DNA of 64,000 bases from a bacterium (GCA_965218795.1 OZ244653.1:4960001-5024000), one strand, 5' to 3'; positions 47,811-58,252 are shown, counted from the stretch's first letter. A program made the numbers and translations. The notes: a model not told the origin generated them from the sequence alone.

Positions 47811-49009
47811 TTACCTGCTCAATAGATCCAGCGCCAATGTGCAATAGATCTTGATGGTATTGATGTAGTCCTCGATGCTCTGGTGCTCGTTCGGACCGCT
47901 ATCAAAGCTTTTGATACAGAATTTGGCCGTAGGGATGCCTGCGTTGATGCGAAGGAAACGGCCATCGCTCGTGCTGTTGACACCGCCAATCCCAATAGGC
48001 TTGCCCATGACCTCTTCAAAGGCCCGCTGCAGGGCCTTGACGATGGGCTCTTCCGGCTCGATGCTCGACGGTGTTCCCTCGATATGGACGGAAATCTCCG
48101 AGCGGAAGTTCGGATCTTCGGCATGGAGACGGTCGAGCAGCCGCTGCACGTCCGCCAGGACCAGTTCCGTCGTCTGCCCCGGCAGGGTCCGGCAATCCGA
48201 ACGGATCACGCAGCGGTCCGCACAGATGGTGTCCGAGAATCCGGCATTGATCCGGTTCACGCTGAGCAAGGGTCCCCCTGGAATGTAATCGTGGGGCCGC
48301 CATCCGGTGAACTCCAAATCGCAGAACCCTCGACGACCTTCAGGGCTTGATAAATGGCATTGATACCCAGATGCTGCCGCGATGTGTGGGCTCCGAGGCC
48401 AAAGACGGTTACGTCGAAGATGACAATACCGCGATGCGCGATCTCCACCTTTACGGGCCGATCAGACTCTGTATAGACGCCGAAGTCGGCCTCGATCATA
48501 CGCTGGTCGACCATGACCTGAATCCCTTTGCAGCCGAACTGCAGCTCGTCCGCTGTCTGGGTCAAAAGGATATCCCCCCGCAATCGGATGTCGCACGCTT
48601 GAAGGGTTTTGACTGTAAACATGGCGGCCGCAAGACCGACCTTCATATTGTTGGACCCGATCCCCCAGACATGACCATCGTGGATCTCCCCGGAAAGCGG
48701 CGGATGCTTCCAGTTCTCTTCATCGCCGGGATGGACGGTATCCAAATGCGAGTTGAACAAAAGGACGGGTTTGCCGTCAGTTCCGCCCCACCGTCCCCGA
48801 TTGCTCACTCGCAAGGGATAGGGCTCGATCTGGTCCACCTCCATGCCGAGCTTCCGCATGTAGTCCGCACAGTAATCGGCGATCTCTTTTTCGTTTCCCG
48901 GCGGATTGTAGCTGGGAATTCGCACCAGATCCCGGAACAGGCCGACGGCCTCATCGACCGACTCATCCACCATTCGCCGCACCATTTCTTTGACTTCAGA
49001 CCCTGGCAT
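47811..49009 (-). CDS. M20 (ArgE/DapE-like) metallopeptidase; one frameshift near 48328
   Basis: SHLDTV, G.GS.NMK.G, ADE, AHRG, AHTS..G.NA in one frame; D.RTLPG, SD.RF, PNEH in the next frame. One extra G in GAG-GG-TTC fuses them. Confidence 0.85.
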
Positions 49010-49202
49010 ATCAAACGCCCTTCGTCGAAGTGTCAAAGCCTCCAAACGGATATTGGAGACCGTCTATTTGCAGAACCTTTCTCGACAGCGAGAAGGTCCT
49101 TGAACGGAGCCTTCCACCAAATTTGCCGAATTTTCAGAATTGATGCAAGGAGAGTGACCTGATGAGTTTTGCCGAATTTCGAGTCGGATTCTGGCGAAAA
49201 CA

Positions 49203-49266
49203 AAAAGGGGTTACAGCAATCGCCGTAACCCCTTGAACCTTTTGGTAGCGGGGTACTATTTGAACC
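49203..49266 (-). other. Degenerate tRNA(Met)-like 3' end plus terminator hairpin (att-site scar)
   Basis: Minus strand GGTTCAAATAGTACCCCGCTACCA, then AAGGGGTTAC..GTAACCCCTTTTT; no tRNA 5' half. Confidence 0.55.
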
Positions 49267-49316
49267 GACGTCCACCTGGACGAGATCCCAGGGGTAGGGA
49301 GTCTGGTCTTTAGAGC

Positions 49317-49526
49317 AAAAAGGGGACGGATTTATTTTTCATCAAGAGTATGCTGTTTCTTGGGTCGGGTTTGTCCTTGTAGGTAAATGCGTTTGCCAAT
49401 CTTGACTGCGACTTCCTCTATTACAAATCCAGTGCTCCCGGTGAGTTGTCCACGCTGTACCGCTTGTCGGATGAGCGTCCATTCCGTCTCCGGCACGGCG
49501 TCTGAAAAATAAATCGGTCCCCTTTT
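49317..49526 (-). mobile_element. RAYT C-terminal remnant bounded by inverted REP-type ends
   Basis: AAGGGGACGGATTTATTTT / AAAATAAATCGGTCCCCTT flank EWTLIRQAVQRGQLTG..F...IG.RI...GQ.RPKK. Confidence 0.65.
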
Positions 49527-49543
49527 CCTTTCGCCCCTCCTTC

Positions 49544-49570
49544 CTGGATTCCTGCTTGCGCAGGAATGAC
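49544..49570. repeat. REP-like palindrome (dRS3-like)
   Basis: CTGGATTCCTGCTTGCGCAGGAATGAC; related shells at 33436 and about 41290. Confidence 0.7.
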
Positions 49571-49873
49571 AAACGAGGCCCGCGTCCCCGGTTGCCTTAT
49601 ACAACCCGATCCAGCCCAGGTGCTTCTTCTGATCCGCATCCATTCCTCATCTTACGAGATGAAACCATGTATACGAACCCCACAGATGAGACGCCTGACG
49701 ACCTCGCGACCGGGCGGCGTCGCGGGCCTGTGCTTTGTTCAGTCCGGGACGTGAATATACCGCCGCGGCCGCTGGCGTTCCGGGCGGCGAAGGAGCCCAG
49801 CCGCCGAGAGGTGCCTTTTTCGTCAGGAAGGGTAAACGCGAAGGAGCGTAAACCAGCGAATCGCAATGACCTG

Positions 49874-49913
49874 AAGAAAGACCCCGCGGACACTTCACTG
49901 CGGGGTCTTTCTT
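49874..49913. terminator. Bidirectional intrinsic terminator
   Basis: AAGAAAGACCCCGCGG..CTGCGGGGTCTTTCTT downstream of the aminotransferase. Confidence 0.8.
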
Positions 49914-49959
49914 GTTGCTGACTCGTTCCAAGAGGGAAAGCGTGCGGAGTCCCGGCCCT

Positions 49960-51135
49960 TTACCCTCCCATCTCACCCACGACCTTGGCCGTGCGCTCAA
50001 TGGCCTTTTCCAATTGCTCCATGGATTGCGCGAAGCACAGGCGGAGATAACCCTCTCCGTCGGGTCCGAATCCGTTGCCGGGGACGGTCGCGACGCCGCC
50101 CTGTTCAAGCAGGGTCTTGGCGAACTCCATCGAATGGAGTCCCGTTCCCTCGATGTTCGGGAAAAGGTAAAAAGCGCCCTTCGGGTTCGGGCAGCGAATG
50201 CCCGATAATTCGTTCAGGTTTTTCACCATGAAATCCCGTCGCTGGCGGTAGGATTCGACCATTTCCTGAATGACGCTGTCCTGTTGTTCGCCATAGGCCG
50301 TGACACAGGCCCACTGGGCCATGGAAGTCGGGTGGGTGTTCGTATATAGATTGAGCTTTGTCATTTCGGTGATGATGTCCGGCGGACCGGCCGCAAAACC
50401 GATCCGCCAACCCGTCATCGCAAAGGTTTTCGATGCCGCGTTGATCGTGATGGTCCGCTCCGCCATCCCCGGCAGAGCCGCCGGGCTGATGTGGTCACCC
50501 TCATAGAGGATCCACTCGTATACCTCATCCGAGAACAGGAGGATGTCCTTTTCCTGAACCAGCTCACAGATAGCATCCAGGCTGGACCGATCGATGACCC
50601 CGCCTGTCGGATTGCTGGGTGAATTGATAAGGAGAATTTTGGTCTTGTCCGTCATGAAGGGTTCTATGGCTTCCCGGGTCGCCATGAAATCGTTTTCCTC
50701 CTTCAACGGGTAATACACCGGCTCGCCGCCCGCCAAATGAACAATCGATGTATATTGCGGCCACCCGGGAGAAGGCAGCAGGACCTCGTCGCCGGAATTG
50801 ATAGTCGCCTGGACGCCTTCGTAAAGCGCGCCCGTTCCCCCCGGGGTGACGACCACCTGGTTGTCGGGGTCCACCAGGATGCCGTTTTCCTTATGAAGCT
50901 TGTCGGCCAATGCCTTGCGGAGCTCCGGGATTCCTCCGAAGGACGTGTAATGAGTGAACCCATCGTCCAGGGCGGTCTTGCATGCGTCCACGATATAAGC
51001 CGGCGTATCGAAATCGGGCTCTCCGACCTCCAGTCGAACGACATCCTTCATCTTTGCGGCGATTTCAAAGATTTCACGGATGGGGGAGACCCCGAGCAGT
51101 TGTACCCGATCGGAAAGAAAGGAGCGGCCTGTCAC
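49960..51135 (-). CDS. PLP-dependent class I/II aminotransferase (AspC-like)
   Basis: GEPDFDTP, NSPSNPTG, SDEVYE, SKTFAMTGWRIG, GAFY; GTG start after TAAGGAGG. Confidence 0.94.
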   Translation of the reverse strand: MTGRSFLSDRVQLLGVSPIREIFEIAAKMKDVVRLEVGEPDFDTPAYIVDACKTALDDGFTHYTSFGGIPELRKALADKLHKENGILVDPDNQVVVTPGGTGALYEGVQATINSGDEVLLPSPGWPQYTSIVHLAGGEPVYYPLKEENDFMATREAIEPFMTDKTKILLINSPSNPTGGVIDRSSLDAICELVQEKDILLFSDEVYEWILYEGDHISPAALPGMAERTITINAASKTFAMTGWRIGFAAGPPDIITEMTKLNLYTNTHPTSMAQWACVTAYGEQQDSVIQEMVESYRQRRDFMVKNLNELSGIRCPNPKGAFYLFPNIEGTGLHSMEFAKTLLEQGGVATVPGNGFGPDGEGYLRLCFAQSMEQLEKAIERTAKVVGEMGG

Positions 51136-51361
51136 GAATTGCGCCTCCTTAAGGGGTTGGGAAATCACAGGGCGTGAAAGTTCGTGATTATAGCAGGGGA
51201 ATTCCTTTCAGCGTAGGACCCGGGGATCCCAACCCCAGGTTTCGACAAATCAATCATTGACAGCGATGAACCGAGCAGGATACATTTCACTCATTGGGGT
51301 TGATGGCGCCCCCGGCCCCGGTCCCATCGGAGTTGCCGGTTGACCTGATTCAAGAGGACGA

Positions 51362-52093
51362 ATGACCTACAAAGTCCGCCTGGAAATCTTCGAGGGCCCC
51401 CTCGACCTTCTCCTGCATCTGATTCGGGAAAACCAGGTCAACGTCTACGATATTCCTATCGCCGCCATTACCGACCAATACCTCGAGTATCTGGACTTCA
51501 TGAAAGTGCTCAACATCGATGTGGCGGGAGAATACCTTGTCATTGCGGCGACTCTCACGCAGATCAAGTCGCGCATGCTCCTTCACCGGTCGGAAGAAGA
51601 TGAGGGTGAGGATGAGGATCCCCGTCAAGAGCTCGTGGACCGACTGCTTGAGTACCAGCGGTACAGGGAAGTAGCCGAAAACCTCCGGGACCGCGAAGGA
51701 GAGCATGCGGGGATCTTCCGTCGCGCATTGACGGAGGCATCGATTGAGGTCCCCGACGAACCCCCCGCTGAAGACGCGTTTTTGGAACAAGTCAGCATCT
51801 TTGACCTGCTCAAAGCCTTCGAGCGGATATTGGGCCAGATTGGAGACATCGGCCGCCACGAGATTGAAGTGGACGAAATGGAACTGGCTGAACGGCTGAC
51901 GTTCGTCATGAAACGGGTCCGGTCCGAAGGCGCCGAGTTCACACAAATGTTCGAAGGCGGGACCCGCCGGATTGAGTTGGTGGCAACGTTTCTGGCCATC
52001 CTCGAACTCATCCGGCAGCGGCAGATTCGGGTGCAGCAGAGCGCTATCCACGGCGCCATCTTTATCTATCCAACCGGGATGGAACGGGGGTGA
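51362..52093 (+). CDS. scpA: Segregation/condensation protein A
   Basis: FEGPLDLLLHLI, KSRMLL, DPR.ELV.RL.EY, TFLAILEL. Confidence 0.96.
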   Translation: MTYKVRLEIFEGPLDLLLHLIRENQVNVYDIPIAAITDQYLEYLDFMKVLNIDVAGEYLVIAATLTQIKSRMLLHRSEEDEGEDEDPRQELVDRLLEYQRYREVAENLRDREGEHAGIFRRALTEASIEVPDEPPAEDAFLEQVSIFDLLKAFERILGQIGDIGRHEIEVDEMELAERLTFVMKRVRSEGAEFTQMFEGGTRRIELVATFLAILELIRQRQIRVQQSAIHGAIFIYPTGMERG

Positions 52094-52094
52094 G

Positions 52095-52616
52095 ATGAAC
52101 CAGGAGGAAGTCAAAGCGGTCATCGAGACGCTGCTCTTCGTATCGGAGGAGCCCGTCAAGGTGAACGACCTGGTGGGGTTGATGGGCGGACAGGTGGATT
52201 CGAGTGCCGTGGAATCGGCCCTCGCCGAGTTGACGGCGGATTACGAAGACCGCAATCTCCAGGTAAGGCAAGTGGCCGGCGGGTATAGACTGGCGACCCG
52301 GCCTGAGTACGGATGGTGGGTCAAGCGGTGCCTGAAACGAACGACGCGCTCCAGGCTCTCCCCGGCGGCCCTGGAGACCTTGGCCGTGGTCGCGTACCGG
52401 CAGCCGGTCACCCGGGCGGAGATCGAGGAAGTGCGCGGTTTGGATTGCAGTGGGGTGCTCCATACCCTGTTGGAGAAGGATTTGATCCGGATCGTCGGCC
52501 GCCGGAAGGTCGTCGGAAGGCCGCTGGCCTACGGAACCACTACCCGATTTCTCGAACATTTCGGATTCAACTCCCTGCAGGAACTGCCGAAGCTGGGTGA
52601 AGTCTCCAACGCCTGA
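52095..52616 (+). CDS. scpB: SMC-Scp complex subunit B
   Basis: IETLLF, LS.AALETLA..AYRQPVTRAEIE..RG, GRP..YGTT..FL..FG. Confidence 0.96.
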   Translation: MNQEEVKAVIETLLFVSEEPVKVNDLVGLMGGQVDSSAVESALAELTADYEDRNLQVRQVAGGYRLATRPEYGWWVKRCLKRTTRSRLSPAALETLAVVAYRQPVTRAEIEEVRGLDCSGVLHTLLEKDLIRIVGRRKVVGRPLAYGTTTRFLEHFGFNSLQELPKLGEVSNA

Positions 52617-53347
52617 TGCGACTCGTCAAATGGCTGGCCGGAGCGGGGGTCGCCTCGCGGCGCGGCGCGGGCGAGCTCGTGCTGGCAGGGCGGGTCAAGG
52701 TGAATGGGCGCCCGGTCAAAGAGCCCTGGCTCGAGGTGGACCCGGCCGCGGATCGGGTCCATGTGGATGGCAGGCAGGTCCGCCCCCCGTGGCCGGGTGT
52801 TTATGTTCTTCTCCACAAGCCCCGTCGTTTAATCACCAGCAGAAAAGATCCGCAAGGCCGGGCGACCGTGTTCGGGTGCCTGAAGGGCGTCAAGGCGCCG
52901 GTCCAACCGGTAGGAAGGCTGGATTATGACGTCGACGGCGTACTCCTCCTCACGACCGATGGCCCGTTGGCCCACCGGTTGACGCACCCCCGTTACGGTA
53001 TCGAACGGACGTATCGCGTCAAGGTTCGAGGGCACCCCGATGCTCGCGCCTTGCAATGTCTGTCCAAGGGAGTGGAGCTGGAGGATGGACCGGCGGTCGC
53101 CGAGACCGTCCGCCTGGAGAGCCGGCTCGAACGGGCTGCGTGGATACGACTGACGCTGAGGGAGGGCCGGAGCCACCTTGTCAAACGAATGTGCGAGCAG
53201 GTCGGATATCCCGTATTGAAGTTGCGCCGGATCCGGTTTGCAGGCCTCACCCTGGGAGGATTGAAATCAGGGGGGTGGCGTTATCTCAAGGATCCCGAGG
53301 TTCGAGGGCTTCGCAAGCAGGTCGGCCTGGGTTCGACTGACTCATGA
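52616..53347 (+). CDS. rluB: RsuA/RluB-family pseudouridine synthase
   Basis: S4 domain (GVASRR), HKP, PVGRLD, LLLTTDG, EGR; usual position after scpB. Confidence 0.88.
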   Translation: MRLVKWLAGAGVASRRGAGELVLAGRVKVNGRPVKEPWLEVDPAADRVHVDGRQVRPPWPGVYVLLHKPRRLITSRKDPQGRATVFGCLKGVKAPVQPVGRLDYDVDGVLLLTTDGPLAHRLTHPRYGIERTYRVKVRGHPDARALQCLSKGVELEDGPAVAETVRLESRLERAAWIRLTLREGRSHLVKRMCEQVGYPVLKLRRIRFAGLTLGGLKSGGWRYLKDPEVRGLRKQVGLGSTDS

Positions 53348-54282
53348 ATCGATTCTTTTCGCGCCGGTTGATTGGATGGAGTGCAGTCCTCTGTCTGGGC
53401 GTATTGATCCGCACAGGGGCGGGGCAGGAAATCGAAGGCCCGATGAGCCGGGCCCGGACCGCCATGCGGGAGGGACGGCTCGAGACCGCCGAGGCGATTC
53501 TCGATGCGGTCCGGCGCGCTCGCTCGGAGGACCCGAGGCCGTACTTGGCCCTCGGCGATCTGGCCTTCGCGCGGCGCGAGTACGCACGGAGCGCCCAGCT
53601 CTACGGCAAGGCCCTGGGGCTGTCACCCGGCAATCTCAAGATTCTGGTGGGATTGGCGAAAGGGTCATATTTCGCGGGGGATCTCGAAGGCGCGAAGAGA
53701 CGGCTTCGAGAAGCTTTGAACCGAAACCCGACTGATCCCGAGTCACGGGCCTACCTGACGTACCTCGGCGAATCGTTGAACTGGCCGGAGGAAATCGGAA
53801 AAGCCGCCGCCTCGAAACGGATCACCCGGGGTGAAATGGCCGGTCTCCTGGCCGTTCAGATGGCCGACCGGCAGGGGCTTTGGAAGAACCCGTTCACCCC
53901 GGTACTGACCGACATTTCCTTGCACTGGGGGCGGGACCTGATCCTCAACGCCGTCCGGAGGGGATGGATGGCAGTGCGCCCGGACCACACCTTTGGACCG
54001 GGTGAACGGATGACACGGGCGACATTGGCGCAGGTGTTGTACAATATCTTCCGCAGGAAGGGAGTGGGCGCCGGAGACCTCTTTTCCGTGCGTCGACCGG
54101 TGGATATGGCGCCCCAGCATCGCTCCCTGCGGGCGGTGCTGTTCAGTTTGGGGCGGGGGTTGATGCGGGAAACCGGGGGCGGCACGTTTTCCCCCCTCGG
54201 CCCGGTGTCGGGCGTCGAAGCGATCGAGGCCCTGGAGCGCGTCAAGAGACTACTCTATCCGATGGGATTGGAAGGTGGCTAA
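53344..54282 (+). CDS. Exported TPR + S-layer homology (SLH) domain protein
   Basis: Signal peptide, TPRs, ITRGEMA, D...HW, F.P...MTRA.LA, F.P...VS..EA. Confidence 0.75.
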   Translation: MNRFFSRRLIGWSAVLCLGVLIRTGAGQEIEGPMSRARTAMREGRLETAEAILDAVRRARSEDPRPYLALGDLAFARREYARSAQLYGKALGLSPGNLKILVGLAKGSYFAGDLEGAKRRLREALNRNPTDPESRAYLTYLGESLNWPEEIGKAAASKRITRGEMAGLLAVQMADRQGLWKNPFTPVLTDISLHWGRDLILNAVRRGWMAVRPDHTFGPGERMTRATLAQVLYNIFRRKGVGAGDLFSVRRPVDMAPQHRSLRAVLFSLGRGLMRETGGGTFSPLGPVSGVEAIEALERVKRLLYPMGLEGG

Positions 54283-54907
54283 CCTTGAGGACCTGAACGT
54301 TCGAAGCGTAACTCGAGGAGAAGCCTTCGTTCGGCGAATCGGCAAGGCGACGGCGGCGGGGGGGATCGCGTGGAGTGTCCCGAACCAGATATCAGTCCTC
54401 CGCATTCTTTTGACGCCGCTCTTTATTACATTCCTGGTTTATGGAATGCGGGTTCCCGCACTCATCATATTCTGCCTGTCCGGCGTGACCGACGCCCTGG
54501 ATGGAGTGATCGCCCGAAGGTATCATCAGGAAACGGCCCTGGGGTCGATACTGGACCCTCTGGCCGACAAAATCCTTCTGGTCGCCAGTTTCTGGGTCCT
54601 ATCGACGATGGGGCTGCTCCCCACCTGGTTGACGATCCTGGTGGTCAGTCGGGACGCGATGATTGTCGGGGGGGCGCTGTACCTGCGGGTATTTGAAGAG
54701 GAACCGGCGATGCCTCCGACCCTTTTGGGAAAGATCACCACTTGCGTTCAGCTCGCAACGATCTTCTGGGTGCTTCTCTTTTACTTCATGGACGGCCGTG
54801 AGGCTCCCTACCTCCATCCTTTCTCGGTGGCCGTCGGTGTCATCACATTGATTTCCGGCTTCCAATATCTCCTCAGGTTCATGCGCCGGGCTGGCGAGTC
54901 CTCCTGA
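54275..54907 (+). CDS. CDP-alcohol phosphatidyltransferase (PgsA/Cls-like)
   Basis: PNQIS.LR, TDALDG.IARR....T.LG..LDPLADK, GK.TT. Confidence 0.92.
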   Translation: MANLEDLNVRSVTRGEAFVRRIGKATAAGGIAWSVPNQISVLRILLTPLFITFLVYGMRVPALIIFCLSGVTDALDGVIARRYHQETALGSILDPLADKILLVASFWVLSTMGLLPTWLTILVVSRDAMIVGGALYLRVFEEEPAMPPTLLGKITTCVQLATIFWVLLFYFMDGREAPYLHPFSVAVGVITLISGFQYLLRFMRRAGESS

Positions 54908-55003
54908 AATGATCTGAGCGCCCCCGGATCGAGGGCGGGGATCACACCATCGGCTTGTCGCCGGCGTAGTGCAGGGGGAAGGACGGGGGCCGGTTGAACC
55001 GGC

Positions 55004-55525
55004 TTATTCCCCCGGGGGTTCCTCGCTCAGCTTGGCGAACATAAAGATCAAGTCGGCCAGCCGATTCAAGTAAGTCAGCAACTCGGGATTATCGAGCAGG
55101 TCCTCATCCCGAAGCCGGACGGCCCATCGCTCGGCGCGCCGAATGATCGTCGAGGCCAAATGAAACGCCGAAGAGGCCGCGCCGTTTCCGGGGATGACCC
55201 AGTCCGTCACCGGGCTCGCCGACTCGGCATCGGCCAGCCGGTCATCCAGCCACTGTACGTGCGCTTCGCCGATTCTCTCCGACAGCCGGTGCAACTCTGA
55301 GACCTCGGCCGCAAGTTCAGCGCCAATGAGGAAAAGCTCTTCTTGGATTCGGAAAGTATCTTCTTGGAGTCTATCGTCGGAAAGCAGCGCACGGGCCAGG
55401 CCGAGCGCGGCATTGGCCTCATGCACGACGCCGTAGGCCTCGACCCGAACGTGGTACTTGGGGACCCGGCCCCCGTAAAGGAGGTCGGTTTCACCCCCGT
55501 CTCCCCGGCGGGTTGAAATGGACAA
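55004..55525 (-). CDS. PduO-type cob(I)alamin adenosyltransferase
   Basis: STRRGDGGET.L..G.RV.K, AYG...E.N, RRAER, YLNRL.D..F. Confidence 0.92.
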   Translation of the reverse strand: MSISTRRGDGGETDLLYGGRVPKYHVRVEAYGVVHEANAALGLARALLSDDRLQEDTFRIQEELFLIGAELAAEVSELHRLSERIGEAHVQWLDDRLADAESASPVTDWVIPGNGAASSAFHLASTIIRRAERWAVRLRDEDLLDNPELLTYLNRLADLIFMFAKLSEEPPGE

Positions 55526-55583
55526 GCGACATTCCCCTTCGTTCAATCCATGGCTCACGGAGGAATGATTCCCCCGGATGGGC

Positions 55584-56057
55584 TTAGCGGACCGTCGCCG
55601 GTCCGGCGACGCCCGTCTTGAGTTCCCGAAAACGGAGGGATGCTTGCCGGAGGTAGTCGAGCGTCCACTCGGTCATTTCGAGCGCGGCGAGACCCTCCAT
55701 GCGAACCCAGCGGGCTTCCGCAATGTCCGAGCGGGCGATGGCCTCCCCCGATACGGGCACACAAAGATAATCAATCAAGACGTAGTGGTATCGCACCCTC
55801 CCGTGCTCGTCTCGATCAATCCGGTCCAGTGTGGCGGCGCATTCGAGAATTTCGATCTTCAGCGCCGTCTCTTCTTCGATTTCCCGGTGAAGGGCATCTT
55901 CCAGGCGCTCACCGATTTCGACCGCTCCCCCCGGTATGCTCCAGACCCCCAGACGGGGCGGAACTCCACGACGCACGACGAGCACTTCGTCTCCGTTGTT
56001 GCGGAAGATAAAAGCCCCGACGCCGACGATCGGCCGCGAAGGATATTTTCGGCCCAC
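55584..56057 (-). CDS. NUDIX hydrolase
   Basis: YP.RP.VGVG, PGGAVE.GE.LEDALHREIEEET Nudix box, YHYVLIDY. Confidence 0.92.
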   Translation of the reverse strand: MGRKYPSRPIVGVGAFIFRNNGDEVLVVRRGVPPRLGVWSIPGGAVEIGERLEDALHREIEEETALKIEILECAATLDRIDRDEHGRVRYHYVLIDYLCVPVSGEAIARSDIAEARWVRMEGLAALEMTEWTLDYLRQASLRFRELKTGVAGPATVR

Positions 56058-56358
56058 AGCGGATATCCCCTCCTGGGTGATGGCATCAGGGGCGGGGGCC
56101 CGCCGGGCCCTCCGGTTTGATTCCGAGCGCCCCCTTGATAGGGCGAACCATATGCCCCGCGGGGATACGGTGTCAATGGACCCTGTGTATTCTGATTTTC
56201 CGCGTGATGGGGGGCAGATTGATATTGACACCCGATAGGCGCGATGATATGAGAGGCATTCTCAAGACTGTCGACGTCATCCGTTTCACCCTCAGGAAAG
56301 AGCGGGAGAAGTTGCCACGGGGCCATGAGCTCATGATAGAATCTGGAGGAGTCGGGGA

Positions 56359-56631
56359 GTGAATAAAAGTGAACTGGTTCAACTCATGGCGGATGGAGGG
56401 GGGATTACCCAGAAGCAGGCGGAAGCCGCACTCAAGTCGGCCCTGGACGGGATCAAGAAGACGCTGAAGAGGAAGAAGAAGGTCACCCTTATCGGATTCG
56501 GAACGTTTTCGGTGAGCAGGAGAAAAGCCAGGAAAGGTCGGAATCCGCGCACGGGCGAGACTTTGAAAATCGCTGCCAGGAATATTCCGAAGTTTGCGCC
56601 GGGGAGTGGATTGAAGGACGCCGTCAACTAA
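56359..56631 (+). CDS. hup: DNA-binding protein HU
   Basis: MNKSELV...GFGTF...[11 protein letters not shown]...PKF.PG..LKDAV. Confidence 0.96.
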   Translation: MNKSELVQLMADGGGITQKQAEAALKSALDGIKKTLKRKKKVTLIGFGTFSVSRRKARKGRNPRTGETLKIAARNIPKFAPGSGLKDAVN

Positions 56632-56663
56632 GACGTATCCGCCATCGGGTTTCAACCGGAAAG

Positions 56664-56698
56664 GGCAGGCACCTGGAGCAGGTGGCCTGCCTTTTCTT
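56664..56698 (+). terminator. Intrinsic terminator after hup
   Basis: GGCAGGCACCTG-GAG-CAGGTGGCCTGCC-TTTT. Confidence 0.75.
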
Positions 56699-56737
56699 CT
56701 TAAGACGCCGGAGGCGTTCGAAGGGGACCGTATTGCA

Positions 56738-57964
56738 TTGGACGTGGACGCTCAACTCGCTCTGCTGACCCGCGGGGTGGCGGAAGTCATCTCGGAGGAG
56801 GAGCTTCGGAAGAAGTTGGCCGAGGGGCGCCCTCTTCGGGTCAAGGCGGGGTTTGATCCGACGGCCCCGGACCTTCATCTCGGGCATACCGTCCTGATTC
56901 AGAAGTTGCGGCACTTTCAGGATTTGGGCCACCACGTTCTGTTTCTGATCGGCGACTTCACCGCGCGGATCGGAGACCCCAGCGGCGTATCCGAAACCCG
57001 CCCCCAGTTGACCGAATCTCAGATCCAGGAGAACACCCGGACGTACGAGGGGCAGGTCTTCAAAATTCTGGATGCGACCAAGACCGAAGTCGTGTTCAAC
57101 CATGCCTGGCTCGACCGGTTGTGCGCGGCGGACATTGTCCGCTTGTCGTCCAAGCAGACCGTCGCCCGGATGCTCGAGCGGGATGATTTCAGAAAGCGCT
57201 ACGAGGATGGTCGGCCCATCGGCATCCATGAATTTCTGTACCCCCTGCTCCAAGGCTACGATTCCGTGGAACTTGGCGCGGACGTGGAGCTCGGTGGAAC
57301 GGATCAAAAATTCAATCTGCTCGTGGGCAGGGATCTTCAGCGGGACCGGGGCCAGGATCCGCAGGTTGTGATCACAATGCCGCTTCTGGTCGGCACGGAC
57401 GGGCAGCGCAAGATGAGCAAGAGCCTCGGCAATCATATCGGCATCGATGAGCCGGCCGGAGAGATGTACGGGAAGGTCATGTCGATTTCCGATGAACTGA
57501 TGTGGGATTACCATGAGCTGTTGAGTGACCGGGGGGCGGAGGAAATCGCAACCCTGCGAAATGCGACCGGGGGAGGGGCCCGGAACCCCCGCGACGTCAA
57601 GGCCGATCTGGCGGCGGAGCTTACGGCCAGGTTTCACGGTCCGGAAGCGGCTGAGCAGGCCGCGGAATCATTTGTCGCCCGGTTCCGTCGGCATGAGACG
57701 CCCGATGAAATGGCCGAGCCGAGAATGTCGGTTCGCATGGAAGGGGGCAAAGCTTGGCTTTGCGAGGTGCTGGCCCGGGGCGGACTGGTCAAGAGCACAA
57801 GCGAAGGCCGACGGATGATCGGGCAGGGAGCCGTCCGGGTAGACGGGGAGAGGATGACGGATCCGGATCTATGGCTGGAACTGAACGCCCCCCGCGTGGT
57901 TCAAGTCGGGAAACGCAGGTTCGCCCGGATTTTGCCCGAAAATGTAACCGCTGAGCAGAAGTAG
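56738..57964 (+). CDS. tyrS: Tyrosine--tRNA ligase
   Basis: [35 protein letters not shown]-terminal S4 domain. Confidence 0.97.
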   Translation: MDVDAQLALLTRGVAEVISEEELRKKLAEGRPLRVKAGFDPTAPDLHLGHTVLIQKLRHFQDLGHHVLFLIGDFTARIGDPSGVSETRPQLTESQIQENTRTYEGQVFKILDATKTEVVFNHAWLDRLCAADIVRLSSKQTVARMLERDDFRKRYEDGRPIGIHEFLYPLLQGYDSVELGADVELGGTDQKFNLLVGRDLQRDRGQDPQVVITMPLLVGTDGQRKMSKSLGNHIGIDEPAGEMYGKVMSISDELMWDYHELLSDRGAEEIATLRNATGGGARNPRDVKADLAAELTARFHGPEAAEQAAESFVARFRRHETPDEMAEPRMSVRMEGGKAWLCEVLARGGLVKSTSEGRRMIGQGAVRVDGERMTDPDLWLELNAPRVVQVGKRRFARILPENVTAEQK

Positions 57965-58181
57965 GGATCCTTGGAGCCGGTATCTGCAATTTGGACGAAT
58001 CGATTTTTCCTGACTCTTGATTTGATTTTACGATAACGGATCGAAAACGATTGCTTCCCAATACTCCACGAATCGCTCAAACTCATGGTTTTTTTTGGAA
58101 AGAGAGTGGCATGGCAGTGGGGCGAGGGTTATATTTTTGGAGGCCCAGGAGGGGGCGGGATTCACCTGGGCCAAAAAAGGG

Positions 58182-58252
58182 TTGACAAAGGAAGGTAATC
58201 CTTCCAAAATACGAAATGCCTGAAATCAATCTGTCGTATCGTTCTTTGACAA
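58182..58252 (+). promoter_or_regulatory. rRNA promoter and boxA
   Basis: TTGACA(58182)-17 nt-CAAAAT; boxA-like GTTCTTTGACAA at 58241, repeated at about 60414. Confidence 0.7.

Noticed and set aside
49243-49266. Functional tRNA gene
   Set aside because: Only a degenerate T-arm and acceptor 3' strand; no D or anticodon arm.
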